The notes under the pieces: generated by a model
Databases searched by the model: none
What the model was told of the DNA's origin: nothing
What the model saw: the letters and a program-made list of their open reading frames with translations, nothing else
Shown: piece by piece, positions 48,169 to 56,823 of the stretch
Numbering within the stretch: the stretch's first letter is position 1
How the letters are laid out: each line of letters opens with the position of its first letter
Position numbers and translations under genes: made by a program
DNA from: an uncultured Alphaproteobacteria bacterium
GTDB taxonomy: Bacteria; Pseudomonadota; Alphaproteobacteria; Methylaequorales; Methylaequoraceae
Reading direction: 5' to 3'
NCBI GenBank assembly: GCA_902563305.1
Contig: CACEWP010000001.1
Coordinates: forward strand, 207,886-271,885
DNA length: 64,000 nt

Positions 48169-48191
48169 TCTTTTAAATACTGTTTACGCTA

Positions 48192-50024
48192 CTACGGTAA
48201 AGCGAAGACAGTTAATACGCCACCTAATGCAGTGTGGTTACTTAGTGCAGAGTATGCACCAACAGCACCTAAACCTGCAGTTGGATCAGTAAGACCAGCA
48301 GCTAGACCAATTCCAGCCCATCCACCAACACCTGATAGGATACCAACATATTGCTTACCTTTGTGTTTGTAAGACATGAAGTTACCAATAATACCAGAAG
48401 GTGTTTTGAACGAGAATAGTTCTTTACCAGTTTTACTTTCAACAGCTTTAGCGTATCCTTCTAGCGTACCGTAGAAAGTAATTCCACCAGCTGTAGCCAT
48501 AGCACCACTCCATACAGAGAAAGGCTCAGGGTTAGACCATACGATCTTACCTTTGTCAGCATCCCATGCAATGAAGTTACCTAGGTGAGTTCCGCCTGGA
48601 GCTGGGTACATTGATAATGTAGCACCAACATAAGCGTTACCAGCTACGTAGTCAACCTTGAATGGTTCATAATCCATACAAACGTGGTTTGTTGGAACCA
48701 TGAACAATCCAGACATTCTATCGTAAGCAGCAGGCTGCTGGTCTTTAGAACCTAGAGCCGCTGGGCAGATGTTAGTAGTGTTAACATCTTCACCTTGGTG
48801 TGCAGTTGAATATCTGTCAACAACTTGTGGACGACCTGTTTTCATATCAACGTGAGTTGCCCAGTTCACAGCTGGATCGTACTTCTCTGCTACTAATAGC
48901 TCACCAGAAGCTCTATCCATTGTGTAAGCAAAACCGTTTCTGTCAAAGTGTACAAGTGTTTGACGGTTTTTACCTTTTACTTTCATGTCAACAAGAATCA
49001 TCTCGTTAACACCGTCGTAATCCCACTCATCGTAAGGAGTCATTTGATATAACCATTTAGCCATACCATTGTCTGGGTTACGAGCGTTAATAGTCATAGA
49101 CCATTTGTTGTCACCAGGACGAACAACTGGATTCCATGTTGATGGGTTACCTGTACCGTAGTACAAAGTGTTTAATTTAGAGTCATATCCGTAGAAACCC
49201 CAAATTGAACCACCACCAATTTTCCATGCGTCACCAGGCCAAGTTTTCAATGAAGAATCTTTACCAATTGGTTTTAACATAGAAGTAGTTTTGTTTGGAT
49301 CAACTAGCATGTCCTTATCTGGACCCATGCTGTAAGCTCTCCAAAGTCTCTTACCACTGTTGATATCGTACTGTGTCCAGTTACATCTCACACCGAATTC
49401 AGCACCAGAACAACCAACACCTACCATGTCTTTGATAATGAATGGTTGACCTGAACCAGTAGAAGCAGAGACACCATATTTACCAGTACCAGCGTGTAGA
49501 TTAGTTGTAATCCACTTCTCTTTACCAGTTTTAGCGTCTAACGCAATTACTGAAGTATCAGCAGCATGTAGAACGATAGTACCATTTGGGTGATAGTTAA
49601 CACCACGGTTCACGTTATCACAGCACATAACTGAGATAACTCTGTCCATAGTTTCACCACCTGGATACTTACCACCTTTTACAGGGTTGTATTTCCACAT
49701 GATTCTTTGGTTATCATTAAGATCTAAAGCGTACACAATGTTTGGAATTGCAGTGTGAACATACATTACATCTCCAATTACTAGTGGACCACCTTCGTGA
49801 CCTCTAAGTACACCAGTAGAGAAAGTCCAAGCGACTTTCAAGCTACCTACGTTACTTTTATTGATTTGATCAAGTGTAGAGTAACGATGTCCAGCGTAAT
49901 CACCAGACTGTTGTACCCACTGACTTGGATCTTTCATCATTTTTTCTAGCTTAGAGTTAGCACTTACAGCGAATGGAAGAGCTAAAGCAGCAGAAGCAAT
50001 GATGCTTTTTTTCAAAATACTCAT
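48192..50024 (-). CDS. xoxF: Lanthanide-dependent PQQ methanol/alcohol dehydrogenase XoxF
   Basis: It is a PQQ eight-bladed propeller with the vicinal disulfide CC ([10 protein letters not shown]). EWDYDGVNE carries the extra Asp (D-Y-D) that marks Ln-dependent XoxF, where Ca-dependent MxaF has D-Y-A. The signal peptide is [22 protein letters not shown] and the SD is AAAGGAGAA. The start is set at the 24th codon of the track ORF. Confidence 0.95.
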   Translation of the reverse strand: MSILKKSIIASAALALPFAVSANSKLEKMMKDPSQWVQQSGDYAGHRYSTLDQINKSNVGSLKVAWTFSTGVLRGHEGGPLVIGDVMYVHTAIPNIVYALDLNDNQRIMWKYNPVKGGKYPGGETMDRVISVMCCDNVNRGVNYHPNGTIVLHAADTSVIALDAKTGKEKWITTNLHAGTGKYGVSASTGSGQPFIIKDMVGVGCSGAEFGVRCNWTQYDINSGKRLWRAYSMGPDKDMLVDPNKTTSMLKPIGKDSSLKTWPGDAWKIGGGSIWGFYGYDSKLNTLYYGTGNPSTWNPVVRPGDNKWSMTINARNPDNGMAKWLYQMTPYDEWDYDGVNEMILVDMKVKGKNRQTLVHFDRNGFAYTMDRASGELLVAEKYDPAVNWATHVDMKTGRPQVVDRYSTAHQGEDVNTTNICPAALGSKDQQPAAYDRMSGLFMVPTNHVCMDYEPFKVDYVAGNAYVGATLSMYPAPGGTHLGNFIAWDADKGKIVWSNPEPFSVWSGAMATAGGITFYGTLEGYAKAVESKTGKELFSFKTPSGIIGNFMSYKHKGKQYVGILSGVGGWAGIGLAAGLTDPTAGLGAVGAYSALSNHTALGGVLTVFALP

Positions 50025-50169
50025 AAAGTATTTCTCCTTTATTACGATTAATATTTGGGCGAAAGCCCGGTTATTGATTGGAACCAAAACCATAACAAAA
50101 ATCGTTAGGTTATTTGATTTCCTCCCATGGTTATATTATGTCTGAATACCATAAATTCAAGGTAAAAAT

Positions 50170-50315
50170 ATGAATACAACATGAACATATATTCATTCTT
50201 AGGCATATTTTATACTTTTTATCAATAAAAACAGATACTTAAAATGAGATTTAGGCAATAAAAAAGTTGTGGATAACTAGTAAAAAATTTTTACGATATG
50301 AACATCAGATGAATA
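50170..50315. promoter_or_regulatory. Two copies of a tandem ATGAAYA half-site pair in the xoxF / soxYZ-like divergent intergenic region
   Basis: ATGAATAcaacATGAACAT (50170-50188) and ATGAACATcagATGAATAT (50298-50316). In both, the half-sites start 11 bp apart. Each pair sits about 150-170 bp upstream of one of the two divergent start codons. The first pair also contains the inverted repeat ATGAATA...TATTCAT. Confidence 0.3.
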
Positions 50316-50465
50316 TAGATATCAAGTTTTGTTCAGAAAATTAAAAAAATCAATAATTACAATTACTTACAAGGCATAAAAAAATTGTATTTTCACCGAT
50401 TTTTCAATCATAATTAATTTTTTTTTTTGTTAAAATTTGTAACATTAATGTATATATTTATCTTT

Positions 50466-51296
50466 ATGAAAAAATCTTTGATTATAAAGGTATTCTATCT
50501 GTTTTTGGCATTTAACTATTCATTGATTAATGCAAAAGATTCCAGCCCACCCCCTGTCACATGGGAAAAAAATGTAAAACAGCTTTTGTATGATGATGAC
50601 GTTATAATTAGAGATGGTTCTGGTCTCATGGAGCTTGTAACACCCTACAGAGCTTTAGATGCAGCAATAGTTCCCGTAACTGTAAATTTTACAGAAAATC
50701 AAACAGATAAAGACTTTGTTAAATATTTAACACTAGTAGTTGACGAAAATCCCTCTCCAATAGTAGGAAAATTTAAGTTCTCTCCTAAAATTGGAAATGC
50801 GAGTTTTACCACAAGAATCCGCATTGATAAATACACATACGTAAGAGCGATTGCTGAAAAAAATAATGGTGAAAAATTTATGATATCAAACTTTGTGAAA
50901 GCAGCAGGTGGTTGCTCAGCACCCAGTCTCGCTGATATGGATTCTGTCATGGCCAGATTAGGAAAAATGAAAATGAAGTTTATTGAAACCAGTAAATCCT
51001 CTAATTCATTAAATAAAGCTAAATTTTTGATTAGCCATCCTAATTTTTCTGGTTTGCAATTTAATCAGTTAACTAGATCTGAGATTCCTGCTCACTTTAT
51101 TAATTACATCAAGATTGAGCAAGATGGTAAATTGATTTTTGAAGCTACGCCAGACATCTCACTATCTGAAGATCCTTCATTTACATTTAATTATATCAAC
51201 AGTGGTGGACCTCTTATTGTGAGTGTTAAGGATAGTGATGGCCAAACTTTTTCAGATTCATTCTCATACTCGCGAATTACCGCTAGTAAAGACTAA
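50466..51296 (+). CDS. Periplasmic SoxY-SoxZ fusion protein (quinoprotein dehydrogenase-associated SoxYZ-like carrier)
   Basis: It has a signal peptide. The N-terminal half follows the SoxY pattern and ends in the carrier-cysteine motif VKAAGGCSAP. The C-terminal half follows the SoxZ pattern (ISHPNFSGLQ...IPAHFINYIKIEQDGKLIFEA...SLSEDPSFTF). The start is set at ATG 50466. Confidence 0.75.
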   Translation: MKKSLIIKVFYLFLAFNYSLINAKDSSPPPVTWEKNVKQLLYDDDVIIRDGSGLMELVTPYRALDAAIVPVTVNFTENQTDKDFVKYLTLVVDENPSPIVGKFKFSPKIGNASFTTRIRIDKYTYVRAIAEKNNGEKFMISNFVKAAGGCSAPSLADMDSVMARLGKMKMKFIETSKSSNSLNKAKFLISHPNFSGLQFNQLTRSEIPAHFINYIKIEQDGKLIFEATPDISLSEDPSFTFNYINSGGPLIVSVKDSDGQTFSDSFSYSRITASKD

Positions 51297-51646
51297 AAGC
51301 ATTCCAACTCAGAAGCAGCCTGTGCTCTGAATAATTTCATCATTCTTTCTTTTGATAAGCCTACACTTTTAAATGCTTCTTCTCTTGGACTCGCACCTTC
51401 CCAGAGACGAGCGATAGCCTCGGCCTGAGCATATTCTTCATAACTAATTCTCTTTGCGATTTCATCAATAGCACAGGAGCATTTAGCCATGAAATCTCTA
51501 TTAGTAGCATTTGAGCTCATGCACGCAAAAACAAATTCTGATCTTGCAAGTGTTGGAAAATCATTTGATTTGGAGGTGTTTGCAAAAAAACTTGTAGTAA
51601 AGATTACCGCACATATAAGTATTGAAGTAAATTTAATTTTAATCAT
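51293..51646 (-). CDS. Small exported Cys-containing helical protein, unknown function
   Basis: 117 aa with a signal peptide (MIKIKFTSILICAVIFTTSFFA). The mature part has five Cys: ACM, CSC (two) and a C-terminal ECF... counted by eye as four positions clustered in three places. Its ATG overlaps the stop of the upstream gene by 4 nt, which suggests translational coupling. Confidence 0.5.
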   Translation of the reverse strand: MIKIKFTSILICAVIFTTSFFANTSKSNDFPTLARSEFVFACMSSNATNRDFMAKCSCAIDEIAKRISYEEYAQAEAIARLWEGASPREEAFKSVGLSKERMMKLFRAQAASELECF

Positions 51647-52476
51647 GATTTATTTTGTTCCTTTCTACTTTTATATTCTTCTCTTAATTCTTTATTTGTC
51701 CTAATTCCTTGAAATTGTAGGGTTTCTTTAACCATATCATCCGGATCTTCTAAATCCTTTATAAAAGTTTGAATCTTATAAATGTATCCAGGAATCTCGT
51801 CTGACATTATAATAACAAATTTCTTAGTTTTATATCTAGAGACTCTGTTTTTTAGTTCAGTTTTTGTGAAAGGCTGAAAGGATATTTTTTTAGCTAAAAT
51901 ATTTTTATTATTATATTCAATGTTTATGTCCTCTATTTCAGTTGCTGCAATAGTATGCCTGATTCTACTCCTAAAAAATAAAGCGTTACCACCTGTCAAT
52001 CTTTGCATATCTCTAGAATCTCTCTCAAAAAACAACATAAAAACAGGATTGCCTTTTGCTCCAATTTGAGGAGGAAATCTTACTTTATTTCTACCCTTAA
52101 GGTATCTAAAGGTTATATGCTTGGTATTATCCTTTTCGACCTTTACTATATTAAGAACTACATTTCCTATAAAATTATCTTCACGTGTGGATTCTTTTTG
52201 AAATTTGTAAAATATTCTAGAAGGCTCGTTGATTGATTTTAAATGTTCATCAATAAATAAAGCAATATTGGCGCTTGACATTTCTTTTATTAATTCAAGT
52301 TTGAATTCTTCCGTACCCCACTTTATTCTTTTCTCTTCGGCATCTTCGGCCTTAGAAAAATCTTCTGAATTTTCAATATGATCGTTTGAAAAAGAAAAAG
52401 AAAATATAAGACTTACTAGAAAAAAAAGAAAGCAAGAGATATGAAATAAAGAATTTGATTTGTTATTAAATTTCAT
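51643..52476 (-). CDS. Exported or membrane-anchored protein, unknown function
   Basis: The start is set at the internal Met MKFNNKSNSLFHISCFLFFLVSLIFSFSFS (hydrophobic signal or anchor), because the longer ORF would cross the divergent gene's start. I recognise no motif. Confidence 0.45.
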   Translation of the reverse strand: MKFNNKSNSLFHISCFLFFLVSLIFSFSFSNDHIENSEDFSKAEDAEEKRIKWGTEEFKLELIKEMSSANIALFIDEHLKSINEPSRIFYKFQKESTREDNFIGNVVLNIVKVEKDNTKHITFRYLKGRNKVRFPPQIGAKGNPVFMLFFERDSRDMQRLTGGNALFFRSRIRHTIAATEIEDINIEYNNKNILAKKISFQPFTKTELKNRVSRYKTKKFVIIMSDEIPGYIYKIQTFIKDLEDPDDMVKETLQFQGIRTNKELREEYKSRKEQNKS

Positions 52477-52528
52477 TGCGCTATATTTATGGTCTATATT
52501 TATATAATTTTCAACCAAGATTTTGTTT

Positions 52529-53023
52529 ATGTCAAATAAATACAAAAATATTTCAGTAATTTCAACTGGTTCATGGGTTCCCTCAAACCTTAGTTATCCA
52601 AAAAATTCAAAGGGAACTTACGAGGTGCAAATTAAAGAATTAACATTAATGGCCTCAATCGGTATTCATGAACATGAAAAAATAAAAAAACAAAGAGTAA
52701 GTATATCACTGTCAATTAAAGTTAATGATAATATTGGCAGTGTTAATGAAGATATAGATAATTTTGTTTCATATGAAAAAGTTATAAAAAGTTTAAAGAA
52801 AATTATTTCTAAAGGTCATATAGAATTATTAGAAACTCTTGGTGAAAAAATATCCAAAATGTGTTTTGAAGATGAACGAATTTTGTCGATTTGGATGAAA
52901 TTAGAAAAACTAGATGTTTTTCCTGACACAAAAAGTGTTGGAATTGAGATTGTTAGGGATAAATTAGATTATACTAGAAAAAAGGCAAATAAAAGCAACA
53001 TTGAAAAGATAAAGAAAAAATAA
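52529..53023 (+). CDS. Dihydroneopterin aldolase-family protein (pterin branch of H4MPT biosynthesis)
   Basis: It has the FolB-like core (LMASIGIHEHEKIKKQRVSISLSI...VSYEKV...ELLETLGEKI). It is first gene of a co-directional cofactor-biosynthesis string. Confidence 0.7.
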   Translation: MSNKYKNISVISTGSWVPSNLSYPKNSKGTYEVQIKELTLMASIGIHEHEKIKKQRVSISLSIKVNDNIGSVNEDIDNFVSYEKVIKSLKKIISKGHIELLETLGEKISKMCFEDERILSIWMKLEKLDVFPDTKSVGIEIVRDKLDYTRKKANKSNIEKIKKK

Positions 53024-53042
53024 TTCCATAAATATTTGTATT

Positions 53043-53654
53043 ATGTGGATTATAAAGATAGGTGGAAGTTGGATAGATAAAGTTGAGTTAAACGAACTTG
53101 TAACACATCTTAGTAAACACAGTAAATTTGAAAACATTATAATAGTAGTTGGTGGAGGATGTTTTGCAGATGCAGTAAGACGAGTCTATACAAGTAATCA
53201 AATGTCTGAAAAAACCGGTCATTTTTTAGCCCTGAAAGGTACCGAAATGTTTGCACACATTATAAAAGAAATTAATAAAAATATCTCATTAATAAATAAT
53301 ATTGAATCACTAAAAGTTTTAGATCGAAAATTAAAAGTTTGGATGCCGTCTAGAGTTCTAAAGGATGAACCCTCATTTATAAATTCATGGGAATCAACTT
53401 CAGACTCTGTTGCTGCTTGGCTTCACACAAAAGTAAAATCAAAGGGACTTGTTTTCGTAAAATCTTTAATTTTAAAAAAAAAAAAATATCAATTAAAGAA
53501 CTTACAAGACACAAATGTTCTCGATAAAAATGTAGATAAATATCTTTATAAACAAAAAAATATCAAGATTGTTGGACCAGAGATTATTGATTTATTTAGG
53601 AATGCTAAAGATTGGAAGAAATTTTATTATGATCTTAATGAGGTTAAACTTTGA
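53043..53654 (+). CDS. Amino-acid-kinase-fold protein of the H4MPT/methanofuran cluster (MfnE-like)
   Basis: It has the N-terminal IIKIGGS and VVGGG motifs of the Asp/Glu/uridylate kinase fold. Length is 203 aa. The MfnE assignment comes from family membership and context only. Confidence 0.55.
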   Translation: MWIIKIGGSWIDKVELNELVTHLSKHSKFENIIIVVGGGCFADAVRRVYTSNQMSEKTGHFLALKGTEMFAHIIKEINKNISLINNIESLKVLDRKLKVWMPSRVLKDEPSFINSWESTSDSVAAWLHTKVKSKGLVFVKSLILKKKKYQLKNLQDTNVLDKNVDKYLYKQKNIKIVGPEIIDLFRNAKDWKKFYYDLNEVKL

Positions 53655-54208
53655 CCAGTGAAAAATTAAAAAAAAGATGGGCTTGGGTTTTAACTGGATC
53701 TGGTCATTTTTTTAATGAAACAATAGAACTAATTAATATGCTAAAAGAGGTGGATCTTTTTGTTTCAAAGGCTGCGGAAGAAGTTTTAGTTATGTATAAA
53801 AAGAAAGGTAAGATTTCAAATTTTGTTAAAATTTATCAAGACAATTCTGCAAGTTCGGCTTCTGTGGGTAAATTCTATAAAGGGACCTACCACACGTTAG
53901 TCATGGCTCCAACATCTAGTAATACTGTAGCAAAATGTGTTTATGGTATTTCTGATAGTCTTGCAACAAATATATTTGCTCAATCGGGAAAATGTAAAGT
54001 TGAATGTATTTTTTTTCCTTGTGATACTGCACCAGAACTACAAACAATGGCACCAAGTGGAGTTGTAGATGTATTTCCAAGAGATATTGATTTACAGAAT
54101 GTAAAGAAACTTAAAAAATTTTCTATGACTAATGTTGTAATGAGTTTTCAGGAATTGAAAAAAGAAATATTTGAAAGAAAAAAATGTCTGAAAAAATTTT
54201 ATTCTTAA
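53651..54208 (+). CDS. AfpA-family flavoprotein (dihydromethanopterin reductase DmrB-like)
   Basis: It has the flavoprotein pattern WAWVLTGSGH...LVMAPTSSNTVAKCVYGISDSLATN. Length is 185 aa. The TTG start overlaps the previous stop. Confidence 0.65.
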   Translation: MTSEKLKKRWAWVLTGSGHFFNETIELINMLKEVDLFVSKAAEEVLVMYKKKGKISNFVKIYQDNSASSASVGKFYKGTYHTLVMAPTSSNTVAKCVYGISDSLATNIFAQSGKCKVECIFFPCDTAPELQTMAPSGVVDVFPRDIDLQNVKKLKKFSMTNVVMSFQELKKEIFERKKCLKKFYS

Positions 54209-55566
54209 CTGGAAAGTTAGCAGAGCGTCAATTAAGAAGAATCTTGACATCAATGAAGCCTGAATTTAGTTATAAAATAAATCAGATCGGTGTGAATGTA
54301 GCAGCCTTGATGTCAGAAAACATTATCATGAGACGATTAGATAAAGAACAAAAAGCAGACAGAATTATAGTTCCAGGAAAATTTAGGGGTGATTTGAAAA
54401 AATTAACGAGATATTTTAATATCCCAGTAGAACGAGGACCAGACGACATTAGTCATTTACCGGATTATTTTGGAATAAAAAAACCAGATGAGGATTTGTT
54501 AGAATATGAATGCGAAATATTTGCAGAAATAGTGGATGCAGCCGACATTAGTGTTAGAAAAATTCTTAAAATTGCTAAAGACTACATTAATCAAGGTGCA
54601 AATGTTATTGATTTGGGTTGTATGCCGGATACAAAGTTTGATCACCTTGAAGAGACTGTCAAAGCATTAAAATCTAAAGGATACAAAGTTTCAGTTGATT
54701 CTGCAAATTCTGAAGAATTAATTCGTGGATCTAATTCTGGTGCAGATTACATCTTAAGTTTAAATGAAAGAAATTTAAATATTCTTGATAAACTGAAAAA
54801 TAGTATTCCAATAATAATCCCTTCATCTCCAGGAGATTTCAAGTCCCTTGAACGAGTTATAAAAAAACTTAAACACCAAAGAATAGAATTTTTTGCTGAC
54901 CCTATTTTGGATCCTATTCATTATGGATTTGCTGATTCAATAATGAGATATATCCAATTGAGAAAAAATTATCCTGACATAAAGATTTTCATGGGCACAG
55001 GTAATTTAACTGAACTTACGGATAGTGATTCAGCTGGAGTAAACGCAACACTGATGGGCTTAGTTTCTGAGTTATCTATCAATGCAGTTTTGGTAGTTCA
55101 GGTAAGTGGTCATTGTAAAAATTCTATAAAGGAAACCGATGTAGCAAGAAAAATTATGTACTTTTCCAAAGAAAACAAGAGATTACCATTTAGAATCGAT
55201 AATAGTTTGATGGGAATGTCAGAGAGAAAACCAACAAGAAAAACAAAAAAAGAAATCAAAGAAATCAAAGATTTCATCAGAGATAAAAATTTTAGAATTT
55301 ATCTTGGAGAAAATGGGATAAATATTTTTAACTCTTCTCTACATTTAATAAATACAGACCCATTTGAATTTTATGAAAAATTAGAAATAAGTGAGGATGC
55401 TAGTCATGCATTTTATTTAGGGGTTGAATTGGCAAGAGCTCAAATTGCTTGGCAACTTGGAAAGAACTATGATCAAGATAATGAATTAAACTGGGGAGTG
55501 GCATCAGTAAAAGAAAAAAAAAATTTAAAAAAACGCCCTCTGTTAAAATCAACGCAAAAAAAATGA
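54184..55566 (+). CDS. Dihydropteroate synthase-related protein with an N-terminal extra domain
   Basis: 460 aa. The central part has the pterin-binding TIM-barrel pattern (GANVIDLGCMPD...SVDSANSEE...GTGNLTELTDSDS), preceded by ~110 aa of unknown function. Confidence 0.65.
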   Translation: MSEKILFLTGKLAERQLRRILTSMKPEFSYKINQIGVNVAALMSENIIMRRLDKEQKADRIIVPGKFRGDLKKLTRYFNIPVERGPDDISHLPDYFGIKKPDEDLLEYECEIFAEIVDAADISVRKILKIAKDYINQGANVIDLGCMPDTKFDHLEETVKALKSKGYKVSVDSANSEELIRGSNSGADYILSLNERNLNILDKLKNSIPIIIPSSPGDFKSLERVIKKLKHQRIEFFADPILDPIHYGFADSIMRYIQLRKNYPDIKIFMGTGNLTELTDSDSAGVNATLMGLVSELSINAVLVVQVSGHCKNSIKETDVARKIMYFSKENKRLPFRIDNSLMGMSERKPTRKTKKEIKEIKDFIRDKNFRIYLGENGINIFNSSLHLINTDPFEFYEKLEISEDASHAFYLGVELARAQIAWQLGKNYDQDNELNWGVASVKEKKNLKKRPLLKSTQKK

Positions 55567-56114
55567 TTTTTGAAACTATAATTTCGACCGTAAATTCAGA
55601 GGGGATTGTTAATTTTGCTCCATTTGGAATCAAAAAAGTTAAAAATTTTGTATATATTTCTCCTTATGTTCCTTCAACTACACTAATGAATTTGGAGCAC
55701 ACAAGATGTGCTTCGATTAATTACATTGATGACGCATCATTTTTTATAAATTGTATTATTGGAAAAAAAAATTTTAAAAAAGAAAAATGTTTTAAAATTA
55801 AAGGATACTTCCTAAAAGATGCTTTGGCTCATGACGAAGTTGTTGTTCAATCAATAAAGGAGAACAGGATAAGGCCAAAATTTAAATGTAAAATTGTAAA
55901 TAAATTGGAACATAAGCGTTTTGAAGGTTTTAATAGGGCACGTGGATCATTAATTGAAGCTTGTATCTTAGCTTCAAGAGTAAAAATTCTAAAAAAAGAG
56001 TATATTTTAAAAGAATTAAATAATCTAACTAACCCTATAGAAAAGACAGCTGGAATAAAAGAAAAGAAGAGTTGGTTAATAATTAAGAGTTTTATATTAA
56101 ATGCTATCAAATAG
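55563..56114 (+). CDS. DUF447-family protein (MfnF-like, methanofuran biosynthesis)
   Basis: 183 aa. The N-terminus IFETIISTVNSEGIVNFAPFGI is typical of the flavin-reductase-like DUF447 fold. It sits in the H4MPT/methanofuran cluster. Confidence 0.55.
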   Translation: MIFETIISTVNSEGIVNFAPFGIKKVKNFVYISPYVPSTTLMNLEHTRCASINYIDDASFFINCIIGKKNFKKEKCFKIKGYFLKDALAHDEVVVQSIKENRIRPKFKCKIVNKLEHKRFEGFNRARGSLIEACILASRVKILKKEYILKELNNLTNPIEKTAGIKEKKSWLIIKSFILNAIK

Positions 56115-56823
56115 AAATAATAATATTTCAAGAAAAACTAAATTTCTAATCAGTTTGAAAAAAATTGAGGAAATTTCAAATGAAGTAATAGAAGAGGTCG
56201 ATATTTTAGATCTAAAAAATCCTCTTAAAGGAGCGATTGGTGCTTGGGAGTTGAATAATATCAAAAGGGTAATTTCAATTCATAAAAATAACATAGCAAT
56301 TTCTGCAACGCTAGGAGACGTTTTTGGAGATAAAGAATTTTTAATAAAATTAAAGAAATTTGATTGTCTTGGGTTAGATTTTATAAAATTTGGTTTGTTA
56401 TCAATAGATCAAACAAATCTATTTGAAAAATTAACAATGATTGAATCTAAAGTTTTTAAAACGAATTTGGTTTGCGTGGTATTTGTTGACATAAAAAATA
56501 ATCTAAACTTAGTAAATAATAACTTAGATTATTTTTTCAGATGTGGAGTAAAAAATATTCTTCTTGATACTTTCTGTAAAAAAAACGGAGACTTATTAAA
56601 TTTTTGTAAAAAAGATTATCTAAGAAAATTTATATCCAAATGTAAAAAAAATAATATTCAAATTGGTTTGGCTGGCGGGTTGACAGAAATACAGGTTCCT
56701 TTAATCTTAAAACTAAATCCGGATATAGTAGGGTTTAGGTCTGCGATATGTAAGTCGAACAAAAGAACTTCCTCGATTGATATCAATAAAATAAAGAAAT
56801 TATCAGGTTATTTTAACTCTTGA
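56101..56823 (+). CDS. DUF556 / MfnB-like (5-formylfuran-3-yl)methyl phosphate synthase
   Basis: 240 aa TIM-barrel-like protein. The sequence LISLKKIEEISNEVIEEVDILDLKNPLKGAIGAW and the later GLAGGL motif match the MfnB family pattern. Confidence 0.6.
   Translation: MLSNRNNNISRKTKFLISLKKIEEISNEVIEEVDILDLKNPLKGAIGAWELNNIKRVISIHKNNIAISATLGDVFGDKEFLIKLKKFDCLGLDFIKFGLLSIDQTNLFEKLTMIESKVFKTNLVCVVFVDIKNNLNLVNNNLDYFFRCGVKNILLDTFCKKNGDLLNFCKKDYLRKFISKCKKNNIQIGLAGGLTEIQVPLILKLNPDIVGFRSAICKSNKRTSSIDINKIKKLSGYFNS

Noticed and set aside
50051-50076. A GGGC-GAAA-GCCC mini-hairpin in the xoxF leader region.
   Set aside because: It extends to 6 bp only on the plus strand, through G.U pairs. On the xoxF (minus) transcript only 4 bp remain. 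That is too weak to call.
50025-50093. A 23-codon N-terminal extension of xoxF in the ORF track ([23 protein letters not shown]).
   Set aside because: The extension has no signal-peptide character. The internal Met is preceded by a strong SD (AAAGGAGAA) and begins a canonical signal peptide. The extension is most likely 5' UTR.
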